From: Lama guanicoe
Lineage: Eukaryota
Direction of reading: 5' to 3'
Length of the DNA: 64,000 bases
Assembly: GCA_013239625.1 (NCBI GenBank)
Contig: MU053196.1
Coordinates: 186,001 to 250,000 of the forward strand
The position numbers and the translations under genes were made by a program. The notes beneath the pieces were generated by a model. That model ran no database searches and was not told where the DNA came from. It was given only the letters and a program-made list of their open reading frames with translations. Positions 53,301 to 64,000 of this stretch are shown here, one piece after another (positions within the stretch are counted from its first letter, which is position 1; each line of letters starts with the position of its first letter).

Positions 53301-53485
53301 AGCTAAACACTGTCGGCTGTGGGAAGGAAGAGAGGAAGCTCGCCGAGAGGGAGCCCCCTGCCCCCAAGTCCAGCCCGAAACCACCCAGAGACCAGAGGAG
53401 GCCACTGGGGCACCGGCCCTCACCCCCAGCTGCGGGGCAACATCCGCACAGAGAACAGAGCACCCTCCCCAGGTCCCCTCAGTGA
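35277..53485 (+). CDS. LARP4B: La-related protein 4B-like (LARP4B homologue), 13 coding exons, 5'-incomplete; join(35277-35355,36762-36898,41976-42079,43331-43441,44482-44535,44617-44841,45288-45394,45857-46108,48770-48815,51329-51493,51913-52037,52129-52237,53213-53485)
   Basis: Manual splicing at AG/GT sites gives one open frame from [40 protein letters not shown]... to ...[11 protein letters not shown]. It contains the La motif, RRM and C-terminal motifs recognisable as LARP4B. May be a paralogue rather than the orthologue. Confidence 0.95.
36762..36898 (+). CDS. LARP4B: LARP4B-like exon 2 (La motif)
   Basis: tctgcag|G GAG AAT...AGG T|gtaagt; [45 protein letters not shown]. Confidence 0.95.
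39215..41530 (-). mobile_element. Intronic L1MB-type element (3' UTR + ORF2), GC-shifted
   Basis: tataaatggaatcag...cattctttcactcggcgtaatt; minus-strand ORFs [10 protein letters not shown] and [20 protein letters not shown]. Confidence 0.75.
41976..42079 (+). CDS. LARP4B: LARP4B-like exon 3 (end of La motif, start of RRM)
   Basis: gcacag|CT TTA...GTA GAG|gtaagt; [34 protein letters not shown]. Confidence 0.95.
42218..42480 (+). mobile_element. hAT-Charlie DNA transposon remnant
   Basis: agtggttctcaagctttctggtcttgggac, resembling a Charlie1 terminus. Confidence 0.45.
43331..43441 (+). CDS. LARP4B: LARP4B-like exon 4 (RRM)
   Basis: cctgtag|GAA GTA...CAA CAG|gtgagc; [37 protein letters not shown]. 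Confidence 0.95.
44482..44535 (+). CDS. LARP4B: LARP4B-like exon 5 (RRM)
   Basis: ccctcag|GCG TAC...ATT AAG|gtaagc; [18 protein letters not shown]. Confidence 0.95.
44617..44841 (+). CDS. LARP4B: LARP4B-like exon 6
   Basis: acacag|GTG CGG...CCC CTG|gtgagt; [22 protein letters not shown]...[14 protein letters not shown]; follows an 81-nt intron. Confidence 0.95.
45288..45394 (+). CDS. LARP4B: LARP4B-like exon 7
   Basis: aatctag|GTA ACT...AGC AG|gtaagt; [35 protein letters not shown]. Confidence 0.93.
45857..46108 (+). CDS. LARP4B: LARP4B-like exon 8
   Basis: tttatag|G AAC CCT...GGA AG|gtgagt; [24 protein letters not shown]...EPSPGLGRG. Confidence 0.93.
48770..48815 (+). CDS. LARP4B: LARP4B-like exon 9
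   Basis: ttccctag|G AAA AAC...TTC ACA|gtgagt; [15 protein letters not shown]. Confidence 0.92.
51329..51493 (+). CDS. LARP4B: LARP4B-like exon 10
   Basis: ctttcag|AGG AGT...GAA AGG|gtaaga; [55 protein letters not shown]. Confidence 0.95.
51913..52037 (+). CDS. LARP4B: LARP4B-like exon 11
   Basis: ttttcag|AGC CTA...CCC AA|gtaagt; [41 protein letters not shown]. Confidence 0.9.
52129..52237 (+). CDS. LARP4B: LARP4B-like exon 12
   Basis: tttgcag|G GAT CCC...ACC ACG|gtaggt; [36 protein letters not shown]; follows a 91-nt intron. Confidence 0.92.
53213..53485 (+). CDS. LARP4B: LARP4B-like last coding exon
   Basis: ttcccag|GAA CTG CGA AAA...[28 protein letters not shown]...STLPRSPQ*. Confidence 0.95.
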   Translation, partial: ELRKPSYAEICQRTSREPPPPPLQPPKEQKLNTVGCGKEERKLAEREPPAPKSSPKPPRDQRRPLGHRPSPPAAGQHPHREQSTLPRSPQ

Positions 53486-56400
53486 GTACCAAGGTCTGGC
53501 GGGCTGCGAGGAGCTGGGGTCGCCACAACGAAGCACTGTCCCTCTCGAGACGGGAGTGAGCTGCTGGTTAGGAGGTTGCAGTGTAGATAAGGTCCCCGAG
53601 GTACCTGCAAGTTATTTTTCTTCTATGAGTCGGATTTCCCCCCTCTTGAAAAAAATCTATTTTTCAGGATTTAATTAATATAAATCTTATTTTAGGTTGG
53701 TGCTTAACTGGAGATGATGCATAAGTCTGATTTTTTTCAGGATATAAAATGCATTTATCCTAACAAATTGATATTTTTTATTAAACCTCCATGTGACTAT
53801 GAATGCAAGCTATATATATAGTGAGTTTTTCTAAATTAAGCAGAACTATTGTACTTCATTTTTTAAAATAACTGGTTAGCAAGTGCATATCTCTAAGATG
53901 TCCAGACCGATGGATGAGGCTGAGGACAGTGGGACTGAGGCACGGGGCAATGCTGAGTGTAGCCCGGAGGTGGTATGGGTCAGAGGGCGCCGCACGCTGG
54001 CCTGGAGGTGTCCATCCATTCAGAATCTTGACAAGGGTTCTAGCATTTTCTTAAGTCTAGCCCGTTTTGATCGCCTGGGCAGAGTGACCCTGCAGAGCAC
54101 CCCAAGAGCCCTCCTGTCCTGCCAGCAAGTAACCAGCTTCTCACTCCAGTCTCAAGTGGCTGTTAAGTGAGATAAACCCAAAGCACATTGTGAATGGAAC
54201 CTACATGAGAACATAAACTTTGTTGCCCACTGACACGTTATCGCAAAATGATACCCTGATGTTGTCTTACTCCCGCGAGCTGGCAGGGAGGGTGTGGAGC
54301 CGGCTCCTGCATCGGCCCGTTGCCGGGGTGCCTCCCCATCCCTCTGCACTGGTGCGCAGCTCGGAACATTCCTGAATTGTGAGAGAAAGTGTTTGTGGTG
54401 CCCGTGTGGTTGTGGAGGACCAGTTTCCCGCTCTCTTCCCAAGACGAGGGTCTCATGGACCCTTCTGAAAGTGCTGCTCTCAGAAGAACACACATGCACT
54501 AAAGCTAGCAGTTGATGATAAAGTTAAACATAAGTTATTTTGTTTTAAAATACCTAAATTTTTCCTTTAAGTGTGCTAAGCAGCAGACATTAAAATAAGA
54601 ATATTTCCTGCTAAATGTAACCATACAGTTTATTCCACAAAATGTTATTTAACAAGCCTGAGGTTTTGTTTTTTTTTTTTTAACATGATTTCCATCCAAT
54701 ATTTAAAGACTTGAATTTTATTTAAACTTGAAAATGACTTTGCCTTAACTTTTGTATAGGACAGCTTAGAGTCCATGAGACCGGCCCCTGGGTTGGCGCG
54801 AGTGGTTGCCGCTGCTCAGCCGCGTGGGCTCTGTGTCGCTCGGGCTGCTGAGTGAGCGTGCTGCAGGACAGGACGTGGCGGCAGTGCTGTGACACCGGGA
54901 GGTCCTAAGCAGTTGGTCTTTCTTCAGATTGTTGAGAAATCCTGTAAGTGCAAATAGTTGATACTGTATTATACATGTGCACTTGGGAGCGTGTGGTTTG
55001 CTTGTACAGTTGTAAGTAATCAGAACATATTAAAAAGGTTCCCTACAGAGAAAAATCTGATAAAAACTGATATATTATAAATGTTGCTATTGAGCTGGAT
55101 GTAGATAAACTCAGTGTTGTGGTTTGAACATTATTTTAATTCTTTGAGGTTTTTTCTTTTTCTCTTGTACTGGTGTGTTGGGCTGACTCTGCCTCTTTGC
55201 TGCTGTGAAAGGGAGATGAAAAGTCTTATTAAAACCTTCCAATATTTTCATGCTCTTCCTAAAAGTATGTAAATATGTACTAATCACAGCTAATGTGAAA
55301 GGGTTTTTGAGGTATAATCCAGAAAGTAGAAACTGGCAGGATCTCAAGTGAAAGTAAGAAATGAGTCTACCTAGAATCACAGGCGGCTCGCGCGACCCTC
55401 CCGCCGGAGGAAACGGTGTCTCCCTCGAGCAGCGCCTCTGTCCTAGCGCGAGGCCCACATGGCGCCATGCTGCTGGTGCCCCAGGAAGGAACGGGGGACC
55501 TTGCTTCTTTGTGGTTGTGAGATTGCTGGCTGAAAGATCAGAAATAACTGGCCTCCTGCACCCAAACTGGTGAGTGCTGTAGAAGGAGTCAGAAAGGCCA
55601 GCTCCCAGTGCTGAGATCCCCTGACGCTGCAGTCTGTGCTGGAGGAGGGGGTGGATGTCGCCAGCCACCGTCACCCCCGAATGTCACCGCCTGAATCCGC
55701 ACCCTCTTGGAGCCCGAGGCCCTGGAGGCGTGTGCTTGGCCCCGTGCTGCTGCCGTTGGAGGATGGGTGGAGGTGGCCTGTGGCGGCCGTGGCCTACACT
55801 GCCCCCTCTGCAGTCCTGGCTTCTAGAGTTGACCCCACTCGGGGGTGATTTTTGCAGCATCCTTTCTAATTAAGCCAGGGTGCGTGCCCAACGGCCCCCA
55901 CCTTTCTGATCCTCCTCAGAAAAGAACGGAAGGTGCAGGGCAGGAAGCTGGGAGGGCAGCTCTGCCACGTGCAGCTGCCCGTGTGGCTCTTCCTCCCCCA
56001 ACAGTGTCTCGAGGTGCAGAGTCAGAGGTACCACAGTCACAACGGCGCTCTCGCCTGTTCAGCTATGTGACGACCCGCACCTCCTGAAGTGTAAGGGTGA
56101 GACCCTGGCGCCTCACCAGATGTGAATTTCAAGCAGTGTAGTTGCTTTTTAGGAGTCAGCGTCTTGCTGTTCTGACCAGGCCTCCTGTGATGGCATCACT
56201 TCTGGTCACTCCAGCAGCAGGAGCGCCTTCTGTGGCCGTGGGGAGGCCGCAGCGGGGCAGGCGAGTGTCCCCGGGGAGCAGTGACAATCGCAGCTGGAGG
56301 AGGGGCCTGAGCCCAGCTCCCGGGGGGCTGGACGCTTGGCCGAGAGCTTTTGTTTTTGTTCTGCTTCTTTTCATTGAGACTGGAATCAAGCTTACGTGTA

Positions 56401-56505
56401 AACTATTGGTAATTTAAGTTTCCTTTTGTGTCACTTCAGTGTAAAACTGTCTAATTTGAAAAAATGTAGGTTATGAAAAATAAAGATTTAGGCACTGGTT
56501 TTTCT
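53486..56505 (+). other. LARP4B: LARP4B-like 3' UTR (~3 kb)
   Basis: Follows the stop codon. AU-rich blocks alternate with GC-rich blocks, ending at AATAAA followed by a U-rich tract. The 3' end is approximate. Confidence 0.7.
56479..56484 (+). terminator. Polyadenylation signal AATAAA
   Basis: gttatgaaaAATAAAgatttaggcactgg followed by a T-rich downstream element, with several TGTA motifs upstream. Confidence 0.75.
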
Positions 56506-59500
56506 TTTGATTCTTTTTAAATTAAAATTTTCTTCAAGAGTGCATCCTTTTAAAAGATACTTTATTCCCATCTGTGTCATGAGAGTGACATGTGTGCTCC
56601 GTCCACCCCGTGTTCGAGCTTCGAGTTGTAGTTGGTGGGGTGGGGGTGGTGGGCGCGGTGTCAGACCATGGGTGAGCCTCCAGAGCAGGGTGGCTGACTC
56701 AGCCCTGAGTGCAGGTGACACAGCGCTGGGCAGGCGGGAGGTGGGGGCCGGGCACGTCGGGGCGGCTGGTCTGCGAGCCTACCCCCTTTTCTGCTGGGGC
56801 GTCCTCCCTGGTTGGCTCCGTGTTCTTTGTCTCCAGCTGTTCATCCTTTGTTACGCATCTCCTGTCGGTCTCTACCAGTTGTCTTTACCTTATTTAGCGA
56901 ATCTTATCTTACAGTTTCTAATTATGTAGTAAAACTGATGGATCTCCTTTGTGGTTCGAGTGTCTTGATCTTGTTTATGAAGTCTCCCTCCTCCAGGGTC
57001 ACAAAGACAGTCTCCTTCTATGTGGTCCCCTGGGGTTGGCTGACGTGTTCGTGCCTGTGTGGTCTGAGGTGAGGGCGCAGGTGTTCTCTTCACCACGTAG
57101 GAAGTTTTGTATCACACGGTCGTGAGCCCCACCCTCATTACTTCCGGACTTCTCCCCTTTGCAGATCAGCCTTTTCTAGGTACTCTGTTCCATTCTGTGT
57201 GTCGGTCAATCTCTGCTGACAGCGTGGACTCGCATTCACCCATCAGTCTAAACTCCTACGAGTTTCCTTCCTAGGACTCCCCACGGAGATGGGGAACATG
57301 CTCCCTGAAAGTGGGGGTCAGCCCGGCTCAGCCTCGGCACTCTGCCTGCAGCACAGTCGATGCTCAGTGAATACCTGTTGGCTTGGCGAGGTGTCTGTCG
57401 ACTGTTCTCCACGCATGGCATGGGCCTTAGAAATTTGGGGGGAAATGGGTGAAGCTTTGATTTGCACTTTCCGTGTGACCATCCCCAAACCCTAGCTTCA
57501 AATGACACACGTCAGGGTCGGCTGAGGCTTACGCTCAGCTTGGAGGCCAGCTGCACCTGCGGGCAGGTGTATGCGTCTGCTGGTGGGCGGGCACTGGGTT
57601 CTGGGACACACCGCTCACTGCCAGCGCGTCTCGTCAGTGGGCCAGCCAGCGTGCTCTTTCACACCATGGGTGTTGCACAGGAGCTGAACCCGAGAACCCC
57701 GACTGTCCCCCCACCTCAGGAACTGAAGGGTCTGCACTGCATCCCGTGGCATGTGCACATCTGCTCACGTTAAATTGCTGCGTTTGTCTACATCCGTGGA
57801 TGAAATCCCCGGCTTTCTCTCTGATCGGGACCAGTGATGTATGTGTGGAGAAGGTTGGCAGGATGGGGTGAGGTGCGCCCTTCTCAGTCTGAAATGCTGC
57901 CTGGGCGAGGGGCTGGGCTCTGAGCTGCGGGTGAACTTGAGAATGCCCCAACTGAAACACCTGGGCCTCTGACAGCAGAAATGACAGCCTGGAGCAGGTG
58001 CCCTACGTCCTTCACTGCCTGCTTCCTCTGCAGCAGGTCCTCGTGAAGCCGGGGGGGCTCCGGTTTCCATGATGGGAAACGCTTGGCTGTTAGGGTGAGG
58101 AGCCTGCACATTCCATCCGGTTCCATCCGGGCTCTGCTCAGAAGCATCAGGTGTGTTTCCTGGATGTGCGCCACCAAGCACAGACAGCATCTTTCCCCCA
58201 TTTATGGGCGATGAATTCCTCTAATGTTTTGCCAGTTACTCTCTGGAGCTCATTAGAGTTAATCAGCTGAGTACACAATACAGAATGAGGAGAAAAGAGA
58301 TGGGCCTCGAAACACTAAAAAATAACTGCTGTGGTGCACGGTTATAATTGCGTTGTTCTCTGCTCTTTGAACACACACATTAGCTCTGGGGGAAGAAAAC
58401 CCTTGTTCCATAAGTCGCACAATTTATTGCAAACCTGAAATGATTGAGAATTGGTTTCCAAGAGAGGAAGGGAGTGCAGCTGCTTACACAGCGCTGCAAG
58501 GTGCGTGGAGCCTGGAGAGCAGTGACGACACAAGTGCGGAGATTCCAGCCTCGGTCCTGCAGCAGAAGCTGACAAATGAAAACGCAGCAGCAGTGATTCC
58601 AGAAGCTCAGAACACAGCATGGGCACAGCAGCAGAAGGGAATGGGAGGGGAGCGGGGCGTGGAGGTCATGTGGGGCCGGCTGGACCCGCACGCGTTGCAG
58701 GAGGCTCGGTCACTCCTCTGACCCTGAGGGCTGCAGCCCTTCTCTCTGCAACGTGGGTGGGGGGTGGGAGGTGTTGAGGGGGGTGTAATGACTCACTCCC
58801 TTCCCTGTGCCTCTGGCCCAGGGCAGGTTCCTGGTGATGTACCTGTGCCCGCAGGGCTCTGCTCGGTGCCCACACCGGGTGAGGGAGGAGGGTTCCTGGG
58901 CTGGCTTTTGGGGGCAGTGAGTGGGCAGTGGCTGCCTCCCCTTTCCAGGCTGCTGGGCCTCTGTGTAAAGGAGGGGGACCCACGGCCTGGCTCCAGCATC
59001 TCATAGCCTCTAAGGTTCCTTTCAGCAACAAAGATGGATTGGATTTCAGTCTGAGAACCAGGGACAGGCTGACCAGGCTGTGACCAGAGCCCACTTTGGG
59101 CCTGTGTGGGGTCAGCGGGGAGGGCCATGAGTGTCACACTACCCTATCCCAGAGCCCCGCTTCTTGCACAGATGCACCCCAGGCGGCTGGGGCAGGTCTT
59201 CCCGCCAACACGGAGAGAAGCAGGTCAGCCTCCCATAGCTGGGCCCGCCGTCAGCAGAAGTGTAACGTGAGAAACTGATGTGACTTTAAGTTGCCTAGTG
59301 GCCAGGCTACCTCGATTTTCTTGTATTTTATTCACTTACTATGTGCAAAGCACCACCACTTCGACAGGTAACAAGTATCAACAATTATCCATGTGAGCTC
59401 ACACTCAACCTTGGAGGCTGGATGTGCTTCACACCCACGCCGGCAGCCCAGGGCCAGTGGCCACCCTTGGACAACACAGGTCTCGTTGGCCTGGGATGGT

Positions 59501-60224
59501 CTAAAACCATAGGCCCTGCAGCTCACGGAACTGCCCCTTCCCGAGGCCAGGAGTGGCTCCACTGAGAGCAGGGCCGAGGCAGTGGGGGCTGCTGAGGGCC
59601 CCTCAGGTCAGCAGAGCCACCTCGGCTTTCAGCGGCCGGAGCAGGGCCAACCTGCAAAGAAACGCCTGAGGGGGACATAAAAAGCAAGCGTGTGCAGGCG
59701 ACGGGTGGGTGGTGGGTGGAAGCGGTTTCTTTGTAGGTAAAGCTGTGCATGTATGCGTGTGCACGCATGTGATCTGCATGTGCATGCATGTGTGCGTGGA
59801 TGCGTGAGGGAGATGAAGTGTGAGGGGACCGGTGTTCAGAGCACTGCCCATTTTCCAGTGAGCTGCTTCGGGTAAGGCGTTGAACTGAGTGAAGCTACTT
59901 TGGGCCTGTCTCCCTCCCTGGAGGGTCTCTGGGGCTCGTCTGGGAAGCGAGACCCCTTTGTCTCTGTGGTTTCAGGCCAGATGCCCCTTGGAGCTGAGGA
60001 CCCACTACAAGGCACTGGCCTGGGCTCTCCCATCCAGAACGCTCGGGGCGTGGAGCGCTCACAGCCGCACATGGAGTCAGGCCGTGGAGCTGCTTTCCTT
60101 GGCTGAGGCAGGGACAGCGAAGCTGCAGGTGCCCCAGCCCCTCTTACAAGGGACAAGCCCTGGACTGTGCCCAGCTCTGGGGGCTCAGGTGTCCACCAGC
60201 TCCCAAGTGTCTCAAGGAGGTCCG

Positions 60225-60372
60225 AGTTCTGCTCCATTGTTTAATAGCTGTGTGACCTTAGGCATGTCACCTACCCTTTCTGAGCCCCCTTTTACTCACC
60301 TCACAAATGAGGGAAATAGCACCAACCTGTGGGGTCATCTGAGAGCATTGAAGGAGATGGCATGAAAATGCG
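60225..60372 (+). mobile_element. MIR SINE
   Basis: tagctgtgtgaccttaggcatgtcacctaccctttctgagccc...ctcacctcacaaatgagggaaatagcaccaacct (MIR core). Confidence 0.75.
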
Positions 60373-61753
60373 GAGATCAGGAGCGAGGGGAACCCCAGCA
60401 GGTTACCCCCCTCCCCACCCCATGAGGAGCACCTGTTCCCCCAGGACCACCCAGTCCAAGGCCCAGCCACCCCTCCTGCCCTGTGCCCCATAGCTTCAAC
60501 CCGCCTCCCACACAGACTAATTCTCTGAGAGAGACAGAGACAGAGACAGAGAAAGTCAGGAGCATGCTGGGTGGGGAGTCTGGCCTGTGTTCCTAATGGT
60601 CTGTCCTGGGTCATGCCCCATCGTGAGGCCTGGCGGTACCCCTACCCTTCCTGCCTCAGTGGGAATGGTCCCTGGTCCTCGGCGAAGCGAGGCTGGACGA
60701 GCAGGGGTGGGACAGGGCTGCAGCCCAACGTACCGTCCTGTCATGGAAGGGCTGAGCTCTCCCTGAGGCCGCAGCCCAGCGGGTTCCCCATGCTGTGCTG
60801 GCCACGGTGCCTGGGGCTGGCCTAGGGACCCACAGCTGTCCCTGCAACCTGGGGGTGTGGGGCCCACAGTTGAGCTCTAGTACGGTGGGGAGCCCAGCCC
60901 CCACCTCCGCCCAGCACGCTGGGACCCTGCCTGCACCACGGGGACCCCAGCAGGCATTGCCCCCCCATGCCCCGCTCCACCCAACTCTGGTTGGCCTGTT
61001 CTCCCATCTAGGCTCAGCACATCTGTCTGAAACAGGAAGGCTGCTGCCAGCCCCCTCGATCTGAGTGCTTCCCTATGGGGAAGCCGCTAGCCGAGCATCT
61101 GCTTGGGGAAGTCAGCCCCTCAGTGTGGTGAAGAGTCTGTGCTGGTGCCGGGGAACAGGGTTCGACTGCTGCATCTCGTGCTGCAGCCCCGCTCCCCACA
61201 CAGGCTGGACCAGTGACTCTTCCGAGTCCTGAGTAGAAAGTAAACATGGGAAATGTTTATGCAGGATGGTCACTTCCAAGATCAGGTCACAGAGATGGTG
61301 TCCCTGGCTAAGCCACGCCGGTACTCCTAAGCCGGATGTGGAGATAATAATTTGTTACACGGCTGTGGATAGCCGCTACAACCCTCACTGTGTGTGCTCC
61401 TCAGCTGAGTGTGACTTCTGAGTGCAGCCCGTTCAACTGGACTCAGATCCTGGGCTTGACCCTTAGCTTTCCTCCCAGGACAGCAGTACTTTCCCTGCCC
61501 AGCTGCAGCCACAGCCCCATGAAGCAGCAGTCGGAGAAGAAAGATGGTGGTGCACCTGCCTGAGCAGGAGGAAGTCAGGGCAGGTGGGTGCTGGCGTCAC
61601 CTGGGGTGTTGAGCTGGTGCTCAGGACAGTGGCTGACCATGGCCACCTGCTCTGCTCACCACAGTCCAGCAGGCCTGGCCCATGGCTTCCTTCAGACGCT
61701 CACGAAAGGCCCAGCCCATGATCCGTACCGACCTGGGCCCCCTCCCCGTGTGG

Positions 61754-61784
61754 ACTCTCCTTCGTATACTCTCCTTCGTATACT
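61754..61784. repeat. 14-bp tandem duplication
   Basis: actctccttcgtat actctccttcgtat act. Confidence 0.9.
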
Positions 61785-63939
61785 GACCTCTGGGAGAGGC
61801 TGGGTCACAGGGCCTGTGTGAGAGGCCTCATCCCACCGCATGGGCTCCTTCCCTTCCTGCCCTGCCTGCTGGGAAATAGCGTTTCTGCAAATTATATTTC
61901 AGTAGTGGAAGGTCTGATTTACTGGCACTGAGCCCTCGGTGAGGCTCTAAAAACAGCATTTCCGATCACTGAGTCAGTGGTTAGGAGGCATCTGGAAGGT
62001 TCGTCCCTGCTATGGAGGAGGAATGCCTCATCCTCCCTGCACGGGGGACTGGGAAGCTCCTCTGACCCAGCTCAGGAGTCCAATGCCAAGTCTGGGCTGG
62101 TCCCGACCCAGGCAAGGGCAGGGAAGCCCCAGCAGGTCCAAGTGTAGGAGGGTGCCCTGTCCCAGGAGGAGAAGAGCTCTTCACTTCTCCCAGCTAGGAG
62201 GGGCTTCCCAGAGGGTGTGGCAGCTGGCTGGTCTGCAGGAGGCCCTCCGGCCGCCAGGGGCTGTGATGCCTCTGGATTGATGCGGAGATAGGGTGCCACC
62301 TGGGCCAGGCAGTCAGGGCAAATCCCAGGCCCAGAACAAATATGCTTACGTTTCTGGGGTTCTGGCCCCTCTCATTTCTGTCTGTCTTCTCTCCCCTCGG
62401 TGTCCACACGGGAGTCTGCGTGCGCGTGACTCAGGCTGGGGCCTCCCCACGAGCATGTGGGCCATTTGCGAGGTGGTCACAGAAGAGCCCGCTGGGGAGA
62501 CGGGCAGGGGGCCGGCAGACCCGGGAACCTCATCCGGCTATTGGATTGGAGTGGGCAGGTCTGGGAGTCCCCAGAGGTGGAATCTGGGGTGTTACCCACA
62601 ACTCTGCCTGGGGGCCCCTCCTGCAGCCCAGGGAGACGCCGTCCGGCCGCAGGGCCCCATTCTGTGCCTCAGCCATTCCACAGCCTCAGTCAGACTATCC
62701 TCCTCTTCCTGTCAAGGCAACAAGAGGGTGCACCGACAACGTCTTCACAGGACGCTCGGGAAATGCCACGGGCTCATCCTGGAAGATAAATACAGGAACA
62801 AACGTCGGGGGGACAGTGAGGGAAGAAACCGGCCCTGAGACCCCCAGCCGCAGGTCCACCTGCGGTGCCAGGAGGCCTGCTCCACGGGCGCCCCTTCCTA
62901 GGGGGGAGCGCGCCCCTGGCCTCCAGCCCCCCGGAAGAGGCTGGTGGGCTGAGTGCTTCGCTGGCCGCCTGCTTGGCCTGGAGAGGAGCTGCTGGAGGCT
63001 CAGCACCTGCCTTGTAAACCCCCCAGGAGCGAGCTTCCCTGGGCGGGGCCCAGAGAGCAGGGCCCAGCTTTCTGGCTTCGGGGACACCGGGAAGGAGCTT
63101 GTCGCCGGGGCTGCATTGACCGCGGCTGCCTTGGAATCAGGCTGGAGGCAGAGTGCCGCTTTCAGGCCAGGGCTTCTCACTGACGATGCGGTGGAATCTG
63201 CCAGAAGCTCTCTGAGCGTGTTTCTGGGACCCAGCTCTGCAGGCCTGACGGGCCTGGGCACCCGGGCCAGGACCACGGACCCTCCTCTGAGGAGCTGAAC
63301 CCCGGCCGGTTCGCCGTCAGAAAGTAGGGCTCCTGGTCCGCGCGCCCGGGCCCTGCTCCTGGGGGGGCCTCCCACTGAACCCCCAAGTCAGGGGAAGGGC
63401 ACCGATCCTTCAGGGCCGTGAGAGGGTCAGGCTAACTGCTCACAGGCCCCCTCCGCCACAGGAGCGCCCCGGGCCGGGCAGACACCCTCAGGCCCCACCG
63501 GTGCCTCTCCTGGAGCCCTCACCAGGGTTTTCAGAGGGACAGGCCCAGTTACAGGTGGGCGGGAAACTGAAGCCCCGCCAGCGGCCTGCACAACCGCCAG
63601 GCCTCACGCCCACGTGCGAGGCGCCTCAGGAGCTGTTGGGCAGAGGGTCTTCCCGAGTCCTGGCTCCCTCACCACACTGGATGCTCCCGCGCTCTCCGAG
63701 GGCACCGAGCGAGCACTGGTGGACACGGACCTGAGGACGAGGCCACCACTGCTCTGGAAATGTCCCCATGGCCGCCTTGCAGGTAGGGGTGACAGGTGGG
63801 CTATCCAAAGCCGTCGCAGCACTGGGCGGGGGGGGGGTCGACTGACACAGTAGCCTCTGGGGCGTGGGGTCCAGATGTGTCAGGGCAGCAGCTGGAAGGG
63901 CAACGGGGCGGGGAGTGTCTGCCGCCCTCCTTTACAGCG

Positions 63940-63962
63940 CTAACCCTAACCCCAACCCTAAC
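63940..63962. repeat. Short telomere-like (CTAACC)n tract
   Basis: ctaacc ctaacc ccaacc ctaac. Confidence 0.6.
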
Positions 63963-64000
63963 TGACCTCAGGCCCGCCCCGTGGTGGGGGCCTTGCAGGC

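Noticed and set aside
35277..53485. Calling the LARP4B copy a pseudogene or retrocopy
   Set aside because: Introns are present and no stop, frameshift or broken splice site was found. An unexpressed duplicate cannot be excluded without RNA data.
62342..63375. Long overlapping ORFs (318 aa +, 226 aa -, 181 aa +)
   Set aside because: Very GC-rich DNA with few stops. The products are Pro/Gly/Arg/Ala-rich with no recognisable domain, and several frames are open at once, as expected by chance.
1..64000. Prokaryotic-type systems (CRISPR arrays, operons), tRNA or rRNA genes
   Set aside because: The sequence is mammalian. I saw no regularly spaced repeat-spacer array and no structured RNA gene.

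Overview
Mammalian genomic DNA, probably camelid judging by the style of the youngest L1 3' ends. The window has two different halves. Positions 1 to ~32.7 kb are AT-rich and full of L1, MaLR/ERVL, L2 and hAT remnants, with one compact CpG island at ~13.0-13.4 kb. From ~33 kb the sequence becomes progressively GC-rich and carries 13 spliced + strand coding exons (35277-53485) plus the 3' UTR of a LARP4B (La-related protein 4B) homologue. All 12 introns are GT-AG and the 1787-nt spliced frame is open to the TGA at 53485. However, I could not find the normal N-terminal coding exons (initiator Met and PAM2w motif) in the 35 kb upstream. The protein also carries many CpG-type missense changes, even in the La module, plus an in-frame 15-nt duplication. 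Best interpretation (inference): a 5'-truncated, fast-evolving, ORF-intact LARP4B duplicate joined to unrelated AT-rich DNA. It may be driven by the 13-kb CpG island and started by a new ATG-G|GTAAGT exon at 16291. All comparisons to human LARP4B and all repeat family names are from memory, not from an alignment.
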